A stretch of 64,000 nt of DNA. Origin: an uncultured Chloroflexota bacterium. Its GTDB lineage: Bacteria > Chloroflexota > Anaerolineae > Aggregatilineales > Phototrophicaceae. The stretch covers positions 2,716 to 66,715 of the forward strand of contig CALKIA010000187.1 of assembly GCA_937988705.1 (NCBI GenBank), written 5' to 3'. The notes below the pieces were generated by a model, which ran no database searches, was not told the DNA's origin, and worked only from the letters and a program-made list of their open reading frames with translations. Below, piece after piece: positions 37,715-48,425 of this stretch (position 1 is the stretch's first letter; the number at the start of each line of letters is the position of its first letter). A program made the position numbers and the translations under genes.

Positions 37715-38112
37715 CTCTATCCTCTTTTCAGAGTTGAGCGAGAAGACTCATACAGTCTGCATCACGACTATCGACGAAGTGCTTGATTCCTGTTTTCTCC
37801 CTCAAATGCGCTAAGTAGCCAGCACAACCCGTTTTCCACAGCTTCTATACACTGTTTGAGATACTGTTGGGCATCGACTGGATCGATTAAGCTAGCAGTG
37901 GATGCGGCGGGTCTGGCGCTAGGCTTACACCAGAGCGTGCTTTGTATTTAGCGTTCTCGAGTGCTTTTCTGATCTTTCTCTGGTCTGCATTCACTAATTC
38001 CTACATTAGGTGTTTTGATAGAATGAAATCCATTGCGCATCCTCTGTGTTGTATCAGTTCATCAAGTGTTCGGTTTGGAACCCGATATTATCAGATTCGC
38101 TGCGGACAAAGC

Positions 38113-38967
38113 TTATCCTATTCGAGGAGGTTTGTTGCGCTGGCGGGTCAACAGTAAATATGCATCCTCCAACGTTGCATCGACGCTTACAGCCTCCAGA
38201 TGAGATGGGCGCTTGAGGGAGCGGACGATGCAGTAATCTCCCTGTGGGGTGATGCGAACAATCGATTCTGGCATTGTTAGCCGTGACAATTGCTCAATAG
38301 GTAGTCGAAGTTCATAAATCTGTCCGGCAGCTGCGGCACACAGCGTCTCGATGTCGCCAGCGTACAAAATATGACCGTCCTGCAGAATGATGACAGTCTG
38401 AGCCAGTCGTTCCGCCTCTTCGGGGAGATGTGTGCTAAAAATCGTCAATCCACTGTATTTCTTCACTAGACGATGGACGTTCTCTCGTTCCGTGACATCT
38501 AAACCGCGACTGAGCTCATCCAGCAGCAGCAGGCGGGGCTGGTTGAGCAGCGCTTGCGCGATCCCCACACGGCGCATTTGCCCGCTGGAAAGCTGGCGGA
38601 AGGGGTGATCTGCGAGGTCATCTAAATGCAGTGCGGCTAACACGCTTGCCGGGCTGCCGCCTCGCAGTCGAGCGAGATAGGTCAGGAGTTTGCGCGGTGT
38701 CAGGGCGGCGGGCAGTTCTACATCTTGCGGCAAGTAACCGATCTGCGTCCGCAGCGCGCGCTGATCGTGCCCGTAGTGCTGCCCCTCAAAGGACAATTCG
38801 CCGGCATCCGGCTGACACAACGTTGCCAATACCCGCAGCAGCGTCGATTTTCCTGACCCATTCGCCCCCAATAGGGCAACCACCCCGTCCGACAAGGTGA
38901 AGCTCACGTCTTGAAGTGCAACTTGTGAGCCATAGCGTTTACTCAGATTGCGGACGATCAGTGCCAT
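38113..38967 (-). CDS. ABC transporter ATP-binding protein (copy 1)
   Basis: GANGSGKS, LSSGQ, LLLLDE and STH motifs. Confidence 0.92.
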   Translation of the reverse strand: MALIVRNLSKRYGSQVALQDVSFTLSDGVVALLGANGSGKSTLLRVLATLCQPDAGELSFEGQHYGHDQRALRTQIGYLPQDVELPAALTPRKLLTYLARLRGGSPASVLAALHLDDLADHPFRQLSSGQMRRVGIAQALLNQPRLLLLDELSRGLDVTERENVHRLVKKYSGLTIFSTHLPEEAERLAQTVIILQDGHILYAGDIETLCAAAAGQIYELRLPIEQLSRLTMPESIVRITPQGDYCIVRSLKRPSHLEAVSVDATLEDAYLLLTRQRNKPPRIG

Positions 38968-39791
38968 TGTGTCAGTGAACGCCCCGACTCGTAAATCAGG
39001 AACAACCCAGCTATCAATACTATCGCTGCTAGGAGCGGCAGCGTGCTGGATAAGCTGAGATGGGCGATAATCGTGCTGGCGTTCGGTATATCAATGGAGG
39101 TCGCCAGCACGATCTCGCGCCACCCCCCGAACACCAGCAGTCCCCACACGAGCATCGGCGCGATCACCCCAGCGAAATTGTTCCAACGGACTGAACAGAA
39201 CAAGGCAATTCCGACTACGCCCAGCATCGGCCCGAACCAGATGAGCAGCAGTCGCCACAGGACGATCTGCAACCCTTGTGTCCAGACCACCAACAAAAGC
39301 AGCAGGGCGACTGTACCCGTCAGCGCCAAGATGAGCGCCAAGCGGATATAGAGAAATTCGAGCGGCTGGATCTGACTGAGCTGCTCAAACTCCCACAGGG
39401 TGCGCGTTGCTGGACGAAAGAGATAGGCTACGCCGATGACAGCGATCAAAGGGGAGAGGACGACCAGACAGAGAGTCGCTTCTGCCCCGCCGACGCCGAT
39501 ACTGAGCAGCACCCCGATCAGCATAACCAACCCGCTCGACCACCAGAACGGCGCTTCTAACAGGCTCATCTGCGCCCATGCTAAGCGCAGCCAATCGCGT
39601 ACCCCTCGGCGGGGGAACATCGGGACAGGCAGCGGTAATTCGGTACGCTGTTTTTCCAGCAGAGGCGTGATTGCTGCCAGCAATCGTCCCGTATCGGGTT
39701 CTGCGACAGCATACTGCTCTAAACGCGCGATCAATGGTTGCACATCGCCCAATTCAGCGCGTTCCTCCGGCGACAAATCATGTTCAATCAT
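38958..39791 (-). CDS. Membrane protein, probable anti-sigma factor/permease (copy 1)
   Basis: Soluble N-terminus plus about 6 TM helices; overlaps the 3' end of the ECF sigma gene. Confidence 0.65.
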   Translation of the reverse strand: MIEHDLSPEERAELGDVQPLIARLEQYAVAEPDTGRLLAAITPLLEKQRTELPLPVPMFPRRGVRDWLRLAWAQMSLLEAPFWWSSGLVMLIGVLLSIGVGGAEATLCLVVLSPLIAVIGVAYLFRPATRTLWEFEQLSQIQPLEFLYIRLALILALTGTVALLLLLVVWTQGLQIVLWRLLLIWFGPMLGVVGIALFCSVRWNNFAGVIAPMLVWGLLVFGGWREIVLATSIDIPNASTIIAHLSLSSTLPLLAAIVLIAGLFLIYESGRSLTQWH

Positions 39792-40320
39792 GGATCACCT
39801 CGGTGAGCGCTAAAAAACCTTTCATCTGCTTCAGGGCATGGAACAGGCGGCTTTTCACCGTGCCGACCGGCGTGTGCGTCACATCCGCGATTTCGTCCAG
39901 CTTCAGATCATGGTAGAAACGCAAAATCAGCACCTCGCGGTGATCGGGCGACAATTTTGCCAGCGCCTGAATGACCGTTTCCCGATCATGGGCGGCAAAA
40001 CCAGTGTCATCGGAAAAAACCTCCGCCTGTTCCTCAAAATCAGCGGCACGCTCGTAACGGTAGCGAGCGGACTTGAAATAGTCGCGTGCCAGATTCCGCG
40101 CCACAGTATAGGCCCATGACTTGAAGTGTGTCGGCGGCACGCCTTGATAGGTGAGCAGGCGTGTAAACGTTTCTTGCGTCAAATCGTCGGCCAGCGCCAC
40201 ATCACCGGTAAAACGACACAAGAACTTGTATAGAGGAACGTGATAACGCTGGACCAATTCGATGAGTGCGGCCTCATTCCCGTGAAGCACCTGTCGATAC
40301 AGCGTTTCATCGTCCAACAT
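39784..40320 (-). CDS. ECF RNA polymerase sigma factor (copy 1)
   Basis: ADDLTQETF, SWAYTVARNLARD and EIADVTHTPVGTVKSRLFHA motifs; GGAGGGG RBS before ATG 40320. Confidence 0.93.
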   Translation of the reverse strand: MLDDETLYRQVLHGNEAALIELVQRYHVPLYKFLCRFTGDVALADDLTQETFTRLLTYQGVPPTHFKSWAYTVARNLARDYFKSARYRYERAADFEEQAEVFSDDTGFAAHDRETVIQALAKLSPDHREVLILRFYHDLKLDEIADVTHTPVGTVKSRLFHALKQMKGFLALTEVIHD

Positions 40321-40975
40321 AGCCCCTCCGACGCCAAGCGCTGTAGGCAGCGTTGAGTGCAAAAAAGATCACCGCACCGCCAATCAGCAGGGCGCGATTG
40401 AGCGCCGGATCTAGGCCTGGCAGCGGGGTCGAGTGGTTGAACAGGAACAAGACCTGCGTGTAGGCGCCCTGAGAGGTCAACTCTCCGTACCAGTAACCGA
40501 CAATCACGCCGGCGGCGATCCAATAGCTGCCGCTGAGGTTGTTGACCAGGAGCGCCAAGCCCGCCAGATAGAGCGCGGGCGCGAAGGCGGGCAGCACCAC
40601 GTGCTTGAAATCGTACTCGCCATAGGCAAAATAGCACAACAGCGCCGCCAGCAGTCCGCTCAAGGCGATGAGCACGGCGGCTTCCAGTGCCCGCAGCAGC
40701 GGTACATACCATGAACGTTCGGCATAGGTGCGGCGCAGCTCATCGAACCCTTCTTCACGTTCAATTGTCATCAGATGCCCGCACGCCAGCCCGCCGGACA
40801 GCGCCAGCGCGAGTTCGAACACGCTCACCATCTGCGCCAACGATGGGAGGGACTGGCGGTTCGTCCAGACAATCCACCCAATGAGCATGTACCCCGGCAG
40901 GATCAAGAGGGGTAACAGGGCTGTGATGCCAAAGACGATGCGCGCTTCGTAATAGACGACGCTTCTAAGCGCCAT
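40307..40975 (-). CDS. ABC-2 type permease (copy 1)
   Basis: About 6 TM helices; IEREEGFDEL loop. Confidence 0.7.
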   Translation of the reverse strand: MALRSVVYYEARIVFGITALLPLLILPGYMLIGWIVWTNRQSLPSLAQMVSVFELALALSGGLACGHLMTIEREEGFDELRRTYAERSWYVPLLRALEAAVLIALSGLLAALLCYFAYGEYDFKHVVLPAFAPALYLAGLALLVNNLSGSYWIAAGVIVGYWYGELTSQGAYTQVLFLFNHSTPLPGLDPALNRALLIGGAVIFFALNAAYSAWRRRGYVGR

Positions 40976-43019
40976 GCAGCGTCTCCGTGATCCAACCGTC
41001 GACTTCTTCGACCGACAGTGCGCTCAATCCATCGATTTGGGCACGCATAGCGCGCAGCAGGTCGAAGGTCGCCGTTTCGCCAGCCGAAACATAGGCAGCA
41101 TACAGCCGGCTAGCGATTCGATAGCGTTCTGCGAAGGGCACAGATGAGTAAAACATCGTATTGCCCGCGGGCAGTCCATCTTCCAGCAGCGGACGCATCG
41201 CCGCTGCGTCCCCGCCTGTCAGATAATGCACCCACAGGAAATAGGCGATGTTTTCCGTCAGCGCATTGTCGCGCCCCAAGAGGCTTTTAATCAATGGCGC
41301 GCCCACGTCCATGTAGACGTTTTGCTCGCCTGTGTCCAAGTAGGCAAAGTCGCGCGGATCAATGAACAGGTACAGCGCTTCGCGGGTTGCCGGGTACACC
41401 TGCCAGCCAGAAAAGCTGTCACTCGCCAGCGACACAGCAGCTACCGTCAGATCGGGCAGATCGGGAAAGAAGCGGTGCAGGTAATCGTAGGCGGGTACGA
41501 TGTAGTGTTCGATGGGCGCAAGCACATCACCGCCGTCTGCGACACTGATAACCGTCAGCCGTCCCTCTATCAGCGTTCGAAGGTTGCTGGCCGCGACCAC
41601 CTGTGCCCAGGTGGTGCTGTCCGATGCAAACGTCGTCGCGTCGATTGGTGTCAGATTCGAAGCGAATGTGAGTGGGCCGGGATTATCCACCGTAAGGCGG
41701 AAGGCAGCCGGTTGATCGAGGAGGCAGGTCGGCACAGCGGCGAAGTTCTCATCGTACTGCGTAAAATTCGGGAAGAGGCGTCCCGGCACTGGATACCACA
41801 GCACGGCACATGGTAGATACACCCCCTCCGGGCGAATGAAGTAGGTCGCTTCAGGCGGTCGACCCAGTCGTCGCTCCCGATAGGTGATGCTGCCCGTGTA
41901 GGCGAGACTAACTGATGTGGAGTCGCCGGGAGCGAGCGGCGCGGGCAGCGTCAGCGTCACGATATCGCCGTCACGCACCAGTGGAACACTCGCTTCGACG
42001 ATCTCGAACTGGTGATACAGCGAGAAAGTAAGTTCGGTCAGCGGCGCACTGCTCCGATTTACCACCTCCATCTGTGCGGAGAGCTGCGCCGGATCGTCCA
42101 GCGCAAAAACGACAGCATAGGCCGTCACGCTGAATGGCATGGCGGAGGGCAGTATGGGAGCGCCTGAAGCGGCTTGCTGCTGTTCCTCAATCCGGATCTG
42201 CTGGTTGGCGGCATGAACCTCTAATGCAAAACTGGCAGTGGCTAAGACGACGATACCGAGGGCTGTCATTAGCAGCGCGGCAATCCACGGCGACCGCCGT
42301 TGAAAGCGAACCGTCAACATCCACCACAGCATCAAACTCCCCAGCAGCGCAATCAGCCCGGCATAAAACAGGGTCGTCAAGCTGGGCAGCTGACCCTGCG
42401 GAATCTGTCCCCACACCAGTGGATTGACGGATTGGTTCATCGTCACGAAATTGATCAGGTTGATGCCGGGAAGGGGCAGACCGTCATTATTCAGTAGGTT
42501 TGGGATGAGCCCCGCTCCCACCCACAGCACCGCGAACAACGGATACATCCAGCGTCGAATGCTCACCGTGTGCTGCACCGCTGTGATCAACATCGTGATA
42601 AACCCGAACGATAGGAGCACTAAAAGCAGCTGATGCAAAGTATAGGCTAGGGGCAAACGCCCCGGCGGCGCCGTGACCAGTACGACTAGGGGGGCGACAA
42701 CCAGTGCCCCGAGCGCCGTGATCCCGGCCATCCAGCGCGCTAGCAGTACTTCCACGCCCGTAGGAAGTGCCACTTCCAGCAGATCAAAGCGATTGCGCGT
42801 CGGGCGCGAGACCTGAATGCCCGTGAGGAACAGGGCGATCAAACTGCCGAAGCCCAGCACGATGTTGAATAAGCCGCGAATGCTGCGATAGTCGTCCTGC
42901 GTGTACGTGGCGATGATGAAGCCGCTCCACACCACTAGAAACAGCAGATAGCTCCAGTGGAAGGCGAGGCGCAGTTCGAGCCGGTAGACAGCCCCAAAGC
43001 GTCGCAGTGTGCTAGACAT
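40965..43019 (-). CDS. ABC permease fused to extracellular aminopeptidase-N-like domain lacking HEXXH (copy 1)
   Basis: N-terminal ~7 TM helices; LSAQMEVVN...LTFSL, PLAPGDS...VSLAYTG and WYP motifs; no HEXXH visible. Confidence 0.65.
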   Translation of the reverse strand: MSSTLRRFGAVYRLELRLAFHWSYLLFLVVWSGFIIATYTQDDYRSIRGLFNIVLGFGSLIALFLTGIQVSRPTRNRFDLLEVALPTGVEVLLARWMAGITALGALVVAPLVVLVTAPPGRLPLAYTLHQLLLVLLSFGFITMLITAVQHTVSIRRWMYPLFAVLWVGAGLIPNLLNNDGLPLPGINLINFVTMNQSVNPLVWGQIPQGQLPSLTTLFYAGLIALLGSLMLWWMLTVRFQRRSPWIAALLMTALGIVVLATASFALEVHAANQQIRIEEQQQAASGAPILPSAMPFSVTAYAVVFALDDPAQLSAQMEVVNRSSAPLTELTFSLYHQFEIVEASVPLVRDGDIVTLTLPAPLAPGDSTSVSLAYTGSITYRERRLGRPPEATYFIRPEGVYLPCAVLWYPVPGRLFPNFTQYDENFAAVPTCLLDQPAAFRLTVDNPGPLTFASNLTPIDATTFASDSTTWAQVVAASNLRTLIEGRLTVISVADGGDVLAPIEHYIVPAYDYLHRFFPDLPDLTVAAVSLASDSFSGWQVYPATREALYLFIDPRDFAYLDTGEQNVYMDVGAPLIKSLLGRDNALTENIAYFLWVHYLTGGDAAAMRPLLEDGLPAGNTMFYSSVPFAERYRIASRLYAAYVSAGETATFDLLRAMRAQIDGLSALSVEEVDGWITETLHGA

Positions 43020-43896
43020 GCTGCGCCTCTTTCCCGGAAGCAGCCATCACCGCCATATACCCTTCTTCCAGTTCAGGATTGACCAGCACACCCCGTCCCC
43101 AGGGGTTTTCCGGCGCCACGATGCGCACCTGCAAGCGTCCGTTCACTGTGCGACTGGCCGTGACCCGATACGCGCTTTCGATCTGCTCATACTCGCGTGG
43201 TTCAATGTCAAGCTGCCAGACACGCCCGCTGGCGTGCTGCATGAGCGTTTCAGGTGTACCACTGAAAATGACCTGTCCGCGATTGAGCACCGCGACGGCG
43301 GAGCAACTGGCCTCAATGTCGCCCACGATGTGGGTCGAGAGCAGCACGGTTCGCTCACCGGACAGGCGAGTGAGAAGATTGCGGAAGCGAATCCGTTCTT
43401 CGGGATCAAGTCCGGCGGTAGGTTCATCAACGACGATCAGCTGGGGATCACCGAGCAATGCCTGGGCGATCCCTAAACGCTGTTTCATGCCGCCGGAGTA
43501 ACCACCAACGCGCCGCTTGGCATCTTTTGTCAGGTTCACTTGCTCCAGCAGTGTTTTGACCTGCTTTTGTCGATCGGCGCGGGCTAAACCCTTCATCATG
43601 CCGATGTAATCCAACAGGTCGTAAGCGTTGAGACTCTTGTAGAAGCCGAAATCTTGCGGGATATAGCCTAGGTTTTTCCTTACAAAGCCCGGGTCACGCA
43701 TGACATCTACGCCCCCGACCCGCACCTGACCGCTCGTGACCGGCATAAGGGTCGTTATGACCCGCATCAGTGTCGTTTTGCCCGCGCCATTCGGACCCAA
43801 AAGCCCGAACATGCCCCGATTGATGGAGAGTGAAACGTCATTTAGTGCGCGGAATTTGCCATAATCTTTTACGAGATCGATGATCTCAATCTTCAT
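43012..43896 (-). CDS. ABC transporter ATP-binding protein (copy 1)
   Basis: GPNGAGKT, YSGGMKQR, VDEPTAGLDPEERIRFRNLL and STH motifs. Confidence 0.95.
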   Translation of the reverse strand: MKIEIIDLVKDYGKFRALNDVSLSINRGMFGLLGPNGAGKTTLMRVITTLMPVTSGQVRVGGVDVMRDPGFVRKNLGYIPQDFGFYKSLNAYDLLDYIGMMKGLARADRQKQVKTLLEQVNLTKDAKRRVGGYSGGMKQRLGIAQALLGDPQLIVVDEPTAGLDPEERIRFRNLLTRLSGERTVLLSTHIVGDIEASCSAVAVLNRGQVIFSGTPETLMQHASGRVWQLDIEPREYEQIESAYRVTASRTVNGRLQVRIVAPENPWGRGVLVNPELEEGYMAVMAASGKEAQHV

Positions 43897-43929
43897 GGTC
43901 GAGGCTTTCGGTTATCCACTTTCTTATAG

Positions 43930-43956
43930 GACGACAGGCCACACAAAAAGGTTTAA
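43930..43956 (-). promoter_or_regulatory. Candidate ECF sigma promoter (copy 1)
   Basis: Minus strand TTAAAC-N17-CGTC, 33 nt upstream of the first gene of an operon that encodes an ECF sigma. Confidence 0.55.
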
Positions 43957-44043
43957 AATCGGCTGACTACTTCAGGGGCACCGAAAGCTTATCAAACGCA
44001 ATTGGACACTCAACCATACGGCGAAGCAAGTCGTTCCTGACTG

Positions 44044-45164
44044 ATGGTCTATCACTTCCTGTTGTGCCTCACCACGCTCATCTTCGACCTGTTTGCGTCC
44101 ATCCGTCTTGCGCCTGACGAGAAAGACCTGCAGATTGCGCTCCACCGACAACAGCTCCGCGTGCTGGAGCGCAAAATCACGAAGAAACCGCGTCTTTCAC
44201 GTCCTGAGAAGCTGATGCTTTTTGCCCTCACGACCCATTTGCAGCGACAAACGCAGCGGTGGCAGCAGCGTTTGTGCGAAGCCGTGTTCCTGGTTCAACC
44301 CGAAACCGGGCTGAAATGGCATCGGGAGCTGGTGCGTCGGGAATGGGCTTTTGGGCGATCAAATTATGGAGGACGACCAAAGCTGGACGGCGAGATCGAG
44401 GCGCTGATCGTGCGGATTGCGCGAGAGAACCCGCGCATGGGGTACAACAAAACCCAAGGCGAGCTGTTGAAGCTGGGCTTCGTCGTCGATCCAACGACCG
44501 TCAAGACCGTCCTGCGCCGTCATCATCTCCTGCCCGCGCCCCAACGCGGTCGGAGTTCGTGGCGGACGTTTCTGAACCACTATCGACAGCAGCTGCTCGC
44601 GTGCGATTTCTTCACCGTCGAAACGCTGCATCGGCAAACGGTGTATGTCCTCTTCTTCATCGAGCTGGGAACTCGCCGTGTTCAGGTCGTCGGTTGTACC
44701 GAACATCCCACTTCCGCTTGGGTCACGCAACAAGCCCGGCAACTCTGTTGGTCGGTCGAAGGGCGCCAGCCAACGGTGCGTTATCTCCTTCATGATCACG
44801 ATACCAAATTTCCTGCCTCCTTCGATCAGGTATTTGCTGCCCAGCAGATCGACGTCATCCACACTCCCATTCGAGCCCCGAATGCCAATGCGTTTGCCGA
44901 ACGCTGAGTGCGTTCAGTTCGTCAAGAGTGTCTTGACCATCTGCTGATTTTGAATCAGCGGCATCTTGTCCATGTCCTCACCGAATACATCGACTATTAC
45001 AATGTGCCTCGTCCTCATCAAGGACTCGATCAGCAAGCGCCTATTGCCATACCACGATCTCCGCAAGGAGTCATCCGATGCCGCGATGTTCTCGGAGGTG
45101 TTTTGCACGATTATTACGGCGAGGCTGCTTGAATTCCCCTCGGGTAAGGTTTTTCCACCTTTCA
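44044..45164 (+). pseudogene. rve transposase pseudogene B with right TIR (duplication junction copy)
   Basis: Open for 287 codons, then TGA (44905-44907) at a Trp position, then the remaining C-terminal segment to 45132. No clear left TIR. Confidence 0.85.
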
Positions 45165-45562
45165 CTCTATCCTCTTTTCAGAGTTGAGCGAGAAGACTCA
45201 TACAGTCTGCATCACGACTATCGACGAAGTGCTTGATTCCTGTTTTCTCCCTCAAATGCGCTAAGTAGCCAGCACAACCCGTTTTCCACAGCTTCTATAC
45301 ACTGTTTGAGATACTGTTGGGCATCGACTGGATCGATTAAGCTAGCAGTGGATGCGGCGGGTCTGGCGCTAGGCTTACACCAGAGCGTGCTTTGTATTTA
45401 GCGTTCTCGAGTGCTTTTCTGATCTTTCTCTGGTCTGCATTCACTAATTCCTACATTAGGTGTTTTGATAGAATGAAATCCATTGCGCATCCTCTGTGTT
45501 GTATCAGTTCATCAAGTGTTCGGTTTGGAACCCGATATTATCAGATTCGCTGCGGACAAAGC

Positions 45563-46417
45563 TTATCCTATTCGAGGAGGTTTGTTGCGCTGGCGGGTCA
45601 ACAGTAAATATGCATCCTCCAACGTTGCATCGACGCTTACAGCCTCCAGATGAGATGGGCGCTTGAGGGAGCGGACGATGCAGTAATCTCCCTGTGGGGT
45701 GATGCGAACAATCGATTCTGGCATTGTTAGCCGTGACAATTGCTCAATAGGTAGTCGAAGTTCATAAATCTGTCCGGCAGCTGCGGCACACAGCGTCTCG
45801 ATGTCGCCAGCGTACAAAATATGACCGTCCTGCAGAATGATGACAGTCTGAGCCAGTCGTTCCGCCTCTTCGGGGAGATGTGTGCTAAAAATCGTCAATC
45901 CACTGTATTTCTTCACTAGACGATGGACGTTCTCTCGTTCCGTGACATCTAAACCGCGACTGAGCTCATCCAGCAGCAGCAGGCGGGGCTGGTTGAGCAG
46001 CGCTTGCGCGATCCCCACACGGCGCATTTGCCCGCTGGAAAGCTGGCGGAAGGGGTGATCTGCGAGGTCATCTAAATGCAGTGCGGCTAACACGCTTGCC
46101 GGGCTGCCGCCTCGCAGTCGAGCGAGATAGGTCAGGAGTTTGCGCGGTGTCAGGGCGGCGGGCAGTTCTACATCTTGCGGCAAGTAACCGATCTGCGTCC
46201 GCAGCGCGCGCTGATCGTGCCCGTAGTGCTGCCCCTCAAAGGACAATTCGCCGGCATCCGGCTGACACAACGTTGCCAATACCCGCAGCAGCGTCGATTT
46301 TCCTGACCCATTCGCCCCCAATAGGGCAACCACCCCGTCCGACAAGGTGAAGCTCACGTCTTGAAGTGCAACTTGTGAGCCATAGCGTTTACTCAGATTG
46401 CGGACGATCAGTGCCAT
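45563..46417 (-). CDS. ABC transporter ATP-binding protein (copy 2)
   Basis: Identical translation to 38113-38967. Confidence 0.9.
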   Translation of the reverse strand: MALIVRNLSKRYGSQVALQDVSFTLSDGVVALLGANGSGKSTLLRVLATLCQPDAGELSFEGQHYGHDQRALRTQIGYLPQDVELPAALTPRKLLTYLARLRGGSPASVLAALHLDDLADHPFRQLSSGQMRRVGIAQALLNQPRLLLLDELSRGLDVTERENVHRLVKKYSGLTIFSTHLPEEAERLAQTVIILQDGHILYAGDIETLCAAAAGQIYELRLPIEQLSRLTMPESIVRITPQGDYCIVRSLKRPSHLEAVSVDATLEDAYLLLTRQRNKPPRIG

Positions 46418-47241
46418 TGTGTCAGTGAACGCCCCGACTCGTAAATCAGGAACAACCCAGCTATCAATACTATCGCTGCTAGGAGCGGCAGCGTGCTGGA
46501 TAAGCTGAGATGGGCGATAATCGTGCTGGCGTTCGGTATATCAATGGAGGTCGCCAGCACGATCTCGCGCCACCCCCCGAACACCAGCAGTCCCCACACG
46601 AGCATCGGCGCGATCACCCCAGCGAAATTGTTCCAACGGACTGAACAGAACAAGGCAATTCCGACTACGCCCAGCATCGGCCCGAACCAGATGAGCAGCA
46701 GTCGCCACAGGACGATCTGCAACCCTTGTGTCCAGACCACCAACAAAAGCAGCAGGGCGACTGTACCCGTCAGCGCCAAGATGAGCGCCAAGCGGATATA
46801 GAGAAATTCGAGCGGCTGGATCTGACTGAGCTGCTCAAACTCCCACAGGGTGCGCGTTGCTGGACGAAAGAGATAGGCTACGCCGATGACAGCGATCAAA
46901 GGGGAGAGGACGACCAGACAGAGAGTCGCTTCTGCCCCGCCGACGCCGATACTGAGCAGCACCCCGATCAGCATAACCAACCCGCTCGACCACCAGAACG
47001 GCGCTTCTAACAGGCTCATCTGCGCCCATGCTAAGCGCAGCCAATCGCGTACCCCTCGGCGGGGGAACATCGGGACAGGCAGCGGTAATTCGGTACGCTG
47101 TTTTTCCAGCAGAGGCGTGATTGCTGCCAGCAATCGTCCCGTATCGGGTTCTGCGACAGCATACTGCTCTAAACGCGCGATCAATGGTTGCACATCGCCC
47201 AATTCAGCGCGTTCCTCCGGCGACAAATCATGTTCAATCAT
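46408..47241 (-). CDS. Probable anti-sigma/permease membrane protein (copy 2)
   Basis: Identical translation to 38958-39791. Confidence 0.65.
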   Translation of the reverse strand: MIEHDLSPEERAELGDVQPLIARLEQYAVAEPDTGRLLAAITPLLEKQRTELPLPVPMFPRRGVRDWLRLAWAQMSLLEAPFWWSSGLVMLIGVLLSIGVGGAEATLCLVVLSPLIAVIGVAYLFRPATRTLWEFEQLSQIQPLEFLYIRLALILALTGTVALLLLLVVWTQGLQIVLWRLLLIWFGPMLGVVGIALFCSVRWNNFAGVIAPMLVWGLLVFGGWREIVLATSIDIPNASTIIAHLSLSSTLPLLAAIVLIAGLFLIYESGRSLTQWH

Positions 47242-47770
47242 GGATCACCTCGGTGAGCGCTAAAAAACCTTTCATCTGCTTCAGGGCATGGAACAGGCGG
47301 CTTTTCACCGTGCCGACCGGCGTGTGCGTCACATCCGCGATTTCGTCCAGCTTCAGATCATGGTAGAAACGCAAAATCAGCACCTCGCGGTGATCGGGCG
47401 ACAATTTTGCCAGCGCCTGAATGACCGTTTCCCGATCATGGGCGGCAAAACCAGTGTCATCGGAAAAAACCTCCGCCTGTTCCTCAAAATCAGCGGCACG
47501 CTCGTAACGGTAGCGAGCGGACTTGAAATAGTCGCGTGCCAGATTCCGCGCCACAGTATAGGCCCATGACTTGAAGTGTGTCGGCGGCACGCCTTGATAG
47601 GTGAGCAGGCGTGTAAACGTTTCTTGCGTCAAATCGTCGGCCAGCGCCACATCACCGGTAAAACGACACAAGAACTTGTATAGAGGAACGTGATAACGCT
47701 GGACCAATTCGATGAGTGCGGCCTCATTCCCGTGAAGCACCTGTCGATACAGCGTTTCATCGTCCAACAT
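47234..47770 (-). CDS. ECF sigma factor (copy 2)
   Basis: Identical translation to 39784-40320. Confidence 0.92.
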   Translation of the reverse strand: MLDDETLYRQVLHGNEAALIELVQRYHVPLYKFLCRFTGDVALADDLTQETFTRLLTYQGVPPTHFKSWAYTVARNLARDYFKSARYRYERAADFEEQAEVFSDDTGFAAHDRETVIQALAKLSPDHREVLILRFYHDLKLDEIADVTHTPVGTVKSRLFHALKQMKGFLALTEVIHD

Positions 47771-48425
47771 AGCCCCTCCGACGCCAAGCGCTGTAGGCAG
47801 CGTTGAGTGCAAAAAAGATCACCGCACCGCCAATCAGCAGGGCGCGATTGAGCGCCGGATCTAGGCCTGGCAGCGGGGTCGAGTGGTTGAACAGGAACAA
47901 GACCTGCGTGTAGGCGCCCTGAGAGGTCAACTCTCCGTACCAGTAACCGACAATCACGCCGGCGGCGATCCAATAGCTGCCGCTGAGGTTGTTGACCAGG
48001 AGCGCCAAGCCCGCCAGATAGAGCGCGGGCGCGAAGGCGGGCAGCACCACGTGCTTGAAATCGTACTCGCCATAGGCAAAATAGCACAACAGCGCCGCCA
48101 GCAGTCCGCTCAAGGCGATGAGCACGGCGGCTTCCAGTGCCCGCAGCAGCGGTACATACCATGAACGTTCGGCATAGGTGCGGCGCAGCTCATCGAACCC
48201 TTCTTCACGTTCAATTGTCATCAGATGCCCGCACGCCAGCCCGCCGGACAGCGCCAGCGCGAGTTCGAACACGCTCACCATCTGCGCCAACGATGGGAGG
48301 GACTGGCGGTTCGTCCAGACAATCCACCCAATGAGCATGTACCCCGGCAGGATCAAGAGGGGTAACAGGGCTGTGATGCCAAAGACGATGCGCGCTTCGT
48401 AATAGACGACGCTTCTAAGCGCCAT
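47757..48425 (-). CDS. ABC-2 type permease (copy 2)
   Basis: Identical translation to 40307-40975. Confidence 0.7.
   Translation of the reverse strand: MALRSVVYYEARIVFGITALLPLLILPGYMLIGWIVWTNRQSLPSLAQMVSVFELALALSGGLACGHLMTIEREEGFDELRRTYAERSWYVPLLRALEAAVLIALSGLLAALLCYFAYGEYDFKHVVLPAFAPALYLAGLALLVNNLSGSYWIAAGVIVGYWYGELTSQGAYTQVLFLFNHSTPLPGLDPALNRALLIGGAVIFFALNAAYSAWRRRGYVGR

Larger units (their letters stand above)
37105..44429. repeat. Tandem duplication, copy 1 (matches 44555-51879; period 7450 bp)
   Basis: All ORFs recur at +7450 with identical translations. Visual comparison found no differences between these bounds. Confidence 0.92.

Noticed and set aside
37942-38157. 71-aa ORF (and its copy at 45392-45607) as a small membrane protein
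   Set aside because: It has a TTG start with no RBS, overlaps the convergent ABC gene and shows no motif. It recurs only because of the duplication.
43971-43994. Possible degenerate left TIR for IS copies B/C
   Set aside because: The similarity is weak (GGGGCACCGAAAGCTTATC), and the distance to the ATG is shorter than in copies with clear left ends.
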